Below are positions 34,285 to 40,030 of a stretch of 40,030 nucleotides of DNA, piece after piece. The DNA lies in NCBI GenBank assembly GCA_030167865.1, contig JALAGF010003457.1, positions 1 to 40,030 of the forward strand. Reading direction: 5' to 3'. A program made the position numbers and the translations under genes. The notes beneath the pieces are model-generated. The model was not told where the DNA came from, did no database searches, and saw nothing but the letters and a program-made list of their open reading frames with translations. The number at the start of each line of letters is the position of its first letter. Positions within the stretch are counted from its first letter, which is position 1. The stretch comes from Craspedostauros australis. Lineage: Eukaryota.

Positions 34285-35382
34285 TCACTTGGAGATGGAA
34301 ACAGCATTCATGACTTCATCCAACACATCACACAGCTCAGGCTGGTCCTCCAACTGATCGAGGATCGACAAGGTCGCGGCTTCCATAGACGCAGGGTCAT
34401 CACTCCCGCTCTTCTCCAGAATGTCATCGACCGTCAAATGGGACCAAGTCGATTCCTTCAAGGACTCGCCCGGGCTTGTACTTTTCGCTTGTGCTGATCG
34501 AGCGAACTTCGCGTACGAGCTCGTGTGGTACGAGGCGCTCTTGAGCATGTCAACCTTGCCCTTCCTGGTAGATGGCTTGGCATTGTTGTTGAGTTCCTTG
34601 CGGCTGCTCATTTTCGGTGACAGCGACTTGACGCGGCGCGATCTCGACTTGGTTGGCGGCGGCGGAGGTGTTGAGCCGTACTGCAGCTCCCACTGCTTGA
34701 TCTCCCAGGCGAGCTTGGAGTTGGCAATGACGCCCGATGGTGGCAGCGGCTTCTTCGTGACGGGGCAGATGCAGCCGTTGCTTTGCAGCGCCTTGAGGAT
34801 GGCCTTGCGATCGAAGTTGAGACCGGTCTTGGTCATCACGGGGTCCTTCATGATCTTCTTCGTGAGCGGACAGATGAAGCGGTCCGGTGTCAAGGTGATG
34901 TGCGCGCTGAAGATTCGCTGATCGACTACATCGTCCTCTTCGTTGGCGAACCCCAGGCTATCGTCATCGTCGTCACCATCGACACTGTTCCAGTCGTTGG
35001 TGGTGCGATGCGTCGAGGAGGCGGTGCTGAGCCTGGAATGTCCCGTGTCGCCGTTGGCCCAATCATCATCCATGTCCTTGCCGACGTAGTTGGTCTTTCT
35101 CGCCCACATCCGGATCTTGCGACGCAGGGACTTGTCGGAGACCAGGTTGGAAGGGCGCAATGGCTTGTGGCTGATGGGACAGTACGTGTGTCCTTGGTCG
35201 AGCCAGTCCAGGATGGCCACGCGCTCGAAGTGATGGCCGTGCTTGCTCATCATTGGATCCTTCATCACCTGCTTCGTCAGCGGGCACACGAAATGCGGTG
35301 GTGGGGTGGCCTGGCCATCAGCGTTGTTGGTTTCGACTGGCGCCGTCACTGTTGCCGTTGCGGATGTTGGTGATGCTGGCAT
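34285..35382 (-). CDS. Twin U-box domain protein (putative E3 ubiquitin ligase), paralog B, 365 aa
   Basis: Two U-boxes: PPHFVCPLTKQVMKDPMMSKHGHHFERVAILDWL..CPISHKPL and PDRFICPLTKKIMKDPVMTKTGLNFDRKAIL..CPVTKKPL..NSKLAWEIKQW. Colinear with paralog A. Confidence 0.92.
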   Translation of the reverse strand: MPASPTSATATVTAPVETNNADGQATPPPHFVCPLTKQVMKDPMMSKHGHHFERVAILDWLDQGHTYCPISHKPLRPSNLVSDKSLRRKIRMWARKTNYVGKDMDDDWANGDTGHSRLSTASSTHRTTNDWNSVDGDDDDDSLGFANEEDDVVDQRIFSAHITLTPDRFICPLTKKIMKDPVMTKTGLNFDRKAILKALQSNGCICPVTKKPLPPSGVIANSKLAWEIKQWELQYGSTPPPPPTKSRSRRVKSLSPKMSSRKELNNNAKPSTRKGKVDMLKSASYHTSSYAKFARSAQAKSTSPGESLKESTWSHLTVDDILEKSGSDDPASMEAATLSILDQLEDQPELCDVLDEVMNAVSISK

Positions 35383-37680
35383 GGTAGAGCTTTGTCAAGG
35401 GTTGCGAGTGTCGGTGTTGTTGGTGATGATAATGATGATGATGTCTGGTGGTGTGTTAGAATGGTGTGGGGTCTCTTTTGGGTTGTGCCGCAGTTGCATT
35501 TTATGAGAGTGTTTGCGGCCCCCAAGAAATGAAGAAAACGAATCATCGCATTTGTTGGTGTTGTTGGTTGATTGCTGGTTTCTGCGCACGTCCCACACGA
35601 GTCTTAAATCGTTGAGTACCAACGAACAAGAGTTTTCACGGATAGCACGATGTCTATTTTGGTGACCGTGTGTGAAGGACTGCAGAAGGTGCACTTTCCG
35701 AAATGCACCTGTGGAACTAAATGATGTGAAACCAAGACGAGTCGAAACGCGGTGTTTTGGTTGGAACCGACGAATGATCTTCGTCCACAACATTCCCGAA
35801 TTCGTCATGACCTGTGACCCGCGCCAATCCGGTCTTGGCCAATCACAAGACGGAATGGTACCATTTAACACCCCTACGAAGCTCAAAGACGGAAATGACA
35901 AATCTAGTTAGGCCCCTGCGCGGCTGTGAAGGAGACAATTTCGTACTCGGTGTCCCTAAATACTCCAACGCACAGGTGGTTTGCGCGCATTCCATCGTTC
36001 GCATGTGTTCTCTGGTTGTGACTTGTTTGTTCACAATTTGTGGGTGCAGAGGCCAAGATCTCTTTCATTTCCTCCTCTTCGTTCTCCTGCTTTCCTTCCT
36101 TACCCACCAACGGTAACAGGAACACAGCCAATTCACCGGTTGACCAGAACATCGCTGTGGCTCCAACAGCCCCAACAGGCTCATCGCCAACATCAACTGC
36201 AAGGAGGAGGGGAATGACAAAGAAGGAAATGGGAGGGGAATAGCATCGGTTGGAGAGCGTCAAGAACAAGAGGGTGCCTGCTGAGAGAGCGCGATCTTTG
36301 TTAACCTCCCAACGAAGGCGCATCGGTGCTGCGGCTGACATCCGAGAGGCGCGCCAACCAACAGACGAACACCTTCTTTTCGGCTTCGGGCAATGACTTC
36401 ATCACTGTGACCACGCACAGATAAAGATAACGAAGAGGCTGCTGAGGGAGACATGGAGCCATGGAGCAACGGAGTGACGACGCTGGTGTTGGCGCTGCAC
36501 TGGTTCGAACTTTTCCTATTCCGTTGCCCTCTTGACATCGCACGGGAGTAGGACGAAGAGTGCCACAGCTGCAAGGATCTCGATGCCGTCGCGGCACCAA
36601 ATTCAGCCAAAGATGACGAAGATGTCCATGGCGCGCGGAATGCTTTGTCGGCGGAACGGGAAGACCAAGATCGCATTTGTTCCCAGGGCAGGGCGATTGG
36701 CAATTGAGATTCTGGCACTGTGGTTTTTCATCGCCTTCGGATCGAAGAACATTGGGAATGGAGGCGACATTTCGAAGATTCTGATGCCGTCGGCCACCCA
36801 AGAGGCATCAGCAGGTTGGCTGTGGTCGTGAGAGCACAACTCCTACCACTCCACCATGTCTGGAGGATTGTTGCCCCATGGATAAAGACGCATCGATTGA
36901 CATCGCCCAAGCGGAAACACAGACAGAGAGAGAGAGATCGAACATCTCAGAACGACGACGTCTTGCCCACCCTCGCGCCGTTCTTTCATGTACCACCAGC
37001 CAACCCAATCACCCACGCATATCATGCATTACCACGCTCACATCACGATTACTTGGACAGAGCGTCCTCCATGTTTGTGATGTGCTCGTGAACTGTCCAC
37101 TCTTCGCGATTTTGAACGTCTGGGCCGTCCAGGCAAGCGAAGCCGTCACGAGAGCGAGTATTCTCGCGAGAGGTTCTTTTGCGCAGTCCTTTGATGCCAG
37201 GCTGTGAGTGCATACATCGCAACGGCCGCACCCAGAGACACCACACTGCTGGCATCCACGATCTTGCATGCAAACCCGGCTGCTGTTGTGTGTTGCCGCT
37301 TGTGTGATCAAAGGTCGCCTTTTGCCATTGGCAACGATCGCATCAAAAACAAAAAAGTTCGTCTGCGCTCCCAAAAGGTCCGAGAACACGAAGGCGGCAA
37401 GCGCATGAAGCTTCCACTTTCTCTTCGGCTCTGTGTATTGGAGTGGAGCAATTTGACCCTCGCCCAATCTATCAATGCGGTTGGAAGGTATTATAGAATA
37501 CTTCCCGGGGGGCTGCTGTCGCCATTGTCGGAGGTCGGTGCCGGCAATCGAAGTCGAGAAGCGCGCTGATGTATCTCGAACGCTGCGGATGGTCGCGCGC
37601 ATCTTGGCGAAAAGACAAAAGAGCTGCAAGAGCACGTTGCTGGTGGAGGGTCAAATCTTGGCAGCTCCTTTGCGAAGCCT

Positions 37681-37749
37681 GTTTGCGTTGCGCCGTTTGC
37701 GTTGCGCCGTTTGCGTTGCGCCGTTTGCGTTGTGCCGTTTGCCTTGTGC
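37681..37749. repeat. 14-bp minisatellite (GTTTGCGTTGCGCC) about x5
   Basis: Three perfect and two degenerate copies. Confidence 0.9.
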
Positions 37750-38825
37750 TAATGTATGCTTTTTGCAAGCGATGCACGTACAGTATCAACTGGCAAAAAG
37801 TGATAGATCGTACACACTGTGTACACTGTATGCACAGGTATAAGTAGAGACTAGAGTGGCGACATTGGCTCTCTCCAGAAGAACATTCTCGTCTTGGTCT
37901 TCATTGGTTGCATAGCACCGTGCATCTGCGTACCACGCCTCCTGGCACACAAAGTGCGAGAGAGCAGAGCGTTTCGCAGAAGAACTGTTGTGCATGGTGG
38001 ACGTGAATAGTGAACAGATCGTGATCGGCTGGCGTCGCGCGTTACACATGACATGTCCGAGGGACATGAATGGGAATAGAAGTAATTGTCACCATATACG
38101 TCTGTCTGCGTTCCGTCGTAGCAGTTCGTCATCCATTCTTTTGAGGTGGTGGTTTGAGCATTGTGTTGGCTCCTGAATCACATCCGTGATTCACGAACTG
38201 TACCAAGGCTATCGCGACGAAGGCAGTGTCTTGCGCGTGATGTTGACGCAGAATTCTGTCTCCTCTCTGTGGACTTCGCTGATGTTCGTTGATGCTTGTT
38301 GATACTCGTTGGTTCGATGAGGTGACCGAAACGATGGGCAACGCCAGGGAAGAGTTCGACTCCAGCCAACGTTGTTGACGTTGCACAAGTATCTGCGAAG
38401 TGGGTGTTTCTCGCGTATCTTGACCATCTCTTCATCTATCTTCCTCCAGTCTCAGCCACCCGACGATGGTCAGAAGTCGGTCGTGTGCGCCCACCCTGTC
38501 TGGGGGAATCGTCGGGCGGAGAGACACCCAAGGCACACGAGGCAGTGGAAGAGGAGGAGGCAGCGAATAGGCCGCTGGGTCGCCAGCGTTGTGGGATGTG
38601 ATCCTACAGAGGCAGAGGCAGAGGCAGAAGGGATCCAAGGAATTTCGTTTCACGACTGGACATCGTGACGGAAGCAAGTTTTGGCGACTTTGAGAATCTG
38701 GCCGTTAAATCAACACACCAACACATCAACAAAATCGACACATCACAAGGGAGAAGAGAAACAGGGAGAGCACCAACATCTTTCTCCTCCTCTTTCCATT
38801 GCGACCTTGCCCCATTCCGTGTTCC

Positions 38826-40030
38826 ATGAACATGCTGAAGATCAGACCCGCAAAGGCCAAGGTCGACAGTGACACCCACAGAACTCAACAACATCAACAA
38901 CAAAAGCTACAACATAGGCTACATCATAGCACGAGCAGTACGCAGAAGCGCGGTTCTCAATCTCGGTTTTGCTGTCCGTGCAACAGCTGCTGTGTGAGAA
39001 TGACCGCATCCAACAGACGATTCTTCATCAGCGCTGCTATAGTGGCTGCTGTCGCCATCGCTACAGCATGCTATCTCTCCGCCATGATGGTTCTCGTACC
39101 ATCCGATTCCATCCATCCGCTGCAGCAGCAACACCAACAACACCAACGAGAGAGCGTTGCGGACGCTGTCGCCTCGGCGTCGCATACGCTTCAGTCCATC
39201 ACAAAAGAAGAAGACGGATCAGCTTCATTGCAAGCAGAGCAGGCTGAGACATCGCTTCCACCCTTGGAGGCAACCCCAGCCACGACGGCAGCATCAGCGA
39301 TGGAGGGAATCGCAAACGCAGGCGCAGATGCGAACGAGAGCAAGAACTTCAACGAATACGAAAACACAGATGGGAACGATAATGGCATCGGTAGCGATGC
39401 AAATGCCAACACAATGATGGATGTGAATGATGATCACGACAATACCGATCAGAGCCAACAACAGCTGCAAAGCGACGGAGAACAGCTCCAAAAGCAAGCA
39501 TCATCAGAATCAATAGCATCAACAGGACCACGGGCGCCAGTCTATGGTGCTCTCGTGCCCAAGATGCTCAACGCCAACGATGCCCCAACGGCATACTACA
39601 TGCTCCCACCAAGCGGATCACCAACGGCAGTGCTCTTCTTCTTCCACGGCTGCAGGCACACTGGCGTCGATTTCTTTATTCTACCGCAAGACCGCATCGT
39701 TGCCCATGCGACGCTGAGGCACAACCTCGCCATCATATCCTTCACGGCATCGAAACCATCCGGCTGCTGGAGTCACAGGGACATGCCGTTGGTTCAGAAG
39801 CAGATTGACGAATTCACCAGGGTCACGGGGTTCAAGGTGCACACTGGAAAGGAACAGGCAGATGCGGATGCTACTCACGGAGAAGAGAATGCAAGCGGCA
39901 AAACCAACGGCAACAACAACAACGACGATGACGAACGGAACGCGCTCCGCATCCTGGCCACGGGCATGTCCATGGGCGTCTCGGAGGTCTTCTGGTTGGA
40001 AGATGAGGACTACGACTTCGCCGCCATGGC
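38826..40030 (+). CDS. Membrane-anchored alpha/beta-hydrolase-fold protein, 3' truncated by the window edge
   Basis: Hand translation (absent from the ORF track because it has no stop): open from ATG 38826 (alternatives 38832, 39000) to the window end, upstream in-frame TAA at 38706. Hydrophobic anchor FFISAAIVAAVAIATACYLSAMMVLV, acidic stem, then AVLFFFHGCRH..LPQDRIV..LAIISF..GCW and nucleophile elbow ILATGMSMG (GMSMG at 39963-39977). Confidence 0.82.
   Translation, partial: MNMLKIRPAKAKVDSDTHRTQQHQQQKLQHRLHHSTSSTQKRGSQSRFCCPCNSCCVRMTASNRRFFISAAIVAAVAIATACYLSAMMVLVPSDSIHPLQQQHQQHQRESVADAVASASHTLQSITKEEDGSASLQAEQAETSLPPLEATPATTAASAMEGIANAGADANESKNFNEYENTDGNDNGIGSDANANTMMDVNDDHDNTDQSQQQLQSDGEQLQKQASSESIASTGPRAPVYGALVPKMLNANDAPTAYYMLPPSGSPTAVLFFFHGCRHTGVDFFILPQDRIVAHATLRHNLAIISFTASKPSGCWSHRDMPLVQKQIDEFTRVTGFKVHTGKEQADADATHGEENASGKTNGNNNNDDDERNALRILATGMSMGVSEVFWLEDEDYDFAAM

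Noticed and set aside
36500..36520. GGTTCGAAC tRNA T-loop-like motif (similar at about 26077)
   Set aside because: No T-stem pairing or cloverleaf surrounds it.

Overview
Eukaryotic nuclear DNA, most likely from a diatom: GT-AG introns, a plastid-targeted POR with an ASAFAP-type presequence, and an EF-1alpha lacking the opisthokont insertion. Eleven protein-coding genes are supported, in order: EF-1alpha (3' exon), CMC1-like twin-CX9C protein, a two-exon Q/N/G-rich KIX-like/TAZ/bromodomain protein with no HAT domain, longin R-SNARE (VAMP7-like), light-dependent protochlorophyllide oxidoreductase, PX-BAR sorting nexin, PKG-like kinase with a charged helical repeat stalk, RCC1-repeat protein, two tandem paralogous twin-U-box proteins, and a membrane-anchored alpha/beta-hydrolase that runs off the window end and is absent from the ORF track. 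There is also a frameshifted P-loop NTPase pseudogene and several mini/microsatellites. The most notable observations are: (i) minimal twin-U-box ligases whose second U-box has lost the conserved Trp in both paralogs (reminiscent of Legionella LubX) and which share a C-terminal helical motif; (ii) about 1.5 kb with no sense-strand ATG upstream of the bromodomain gene; (iii) the HAT-less CBP/p300-like scaffold itself; (iv) the decayed, possibly Crinkler/RHS-type NTPase. No rRNA, tRNA or CRISPR was recognised. All calls were made by eye, without database searches.
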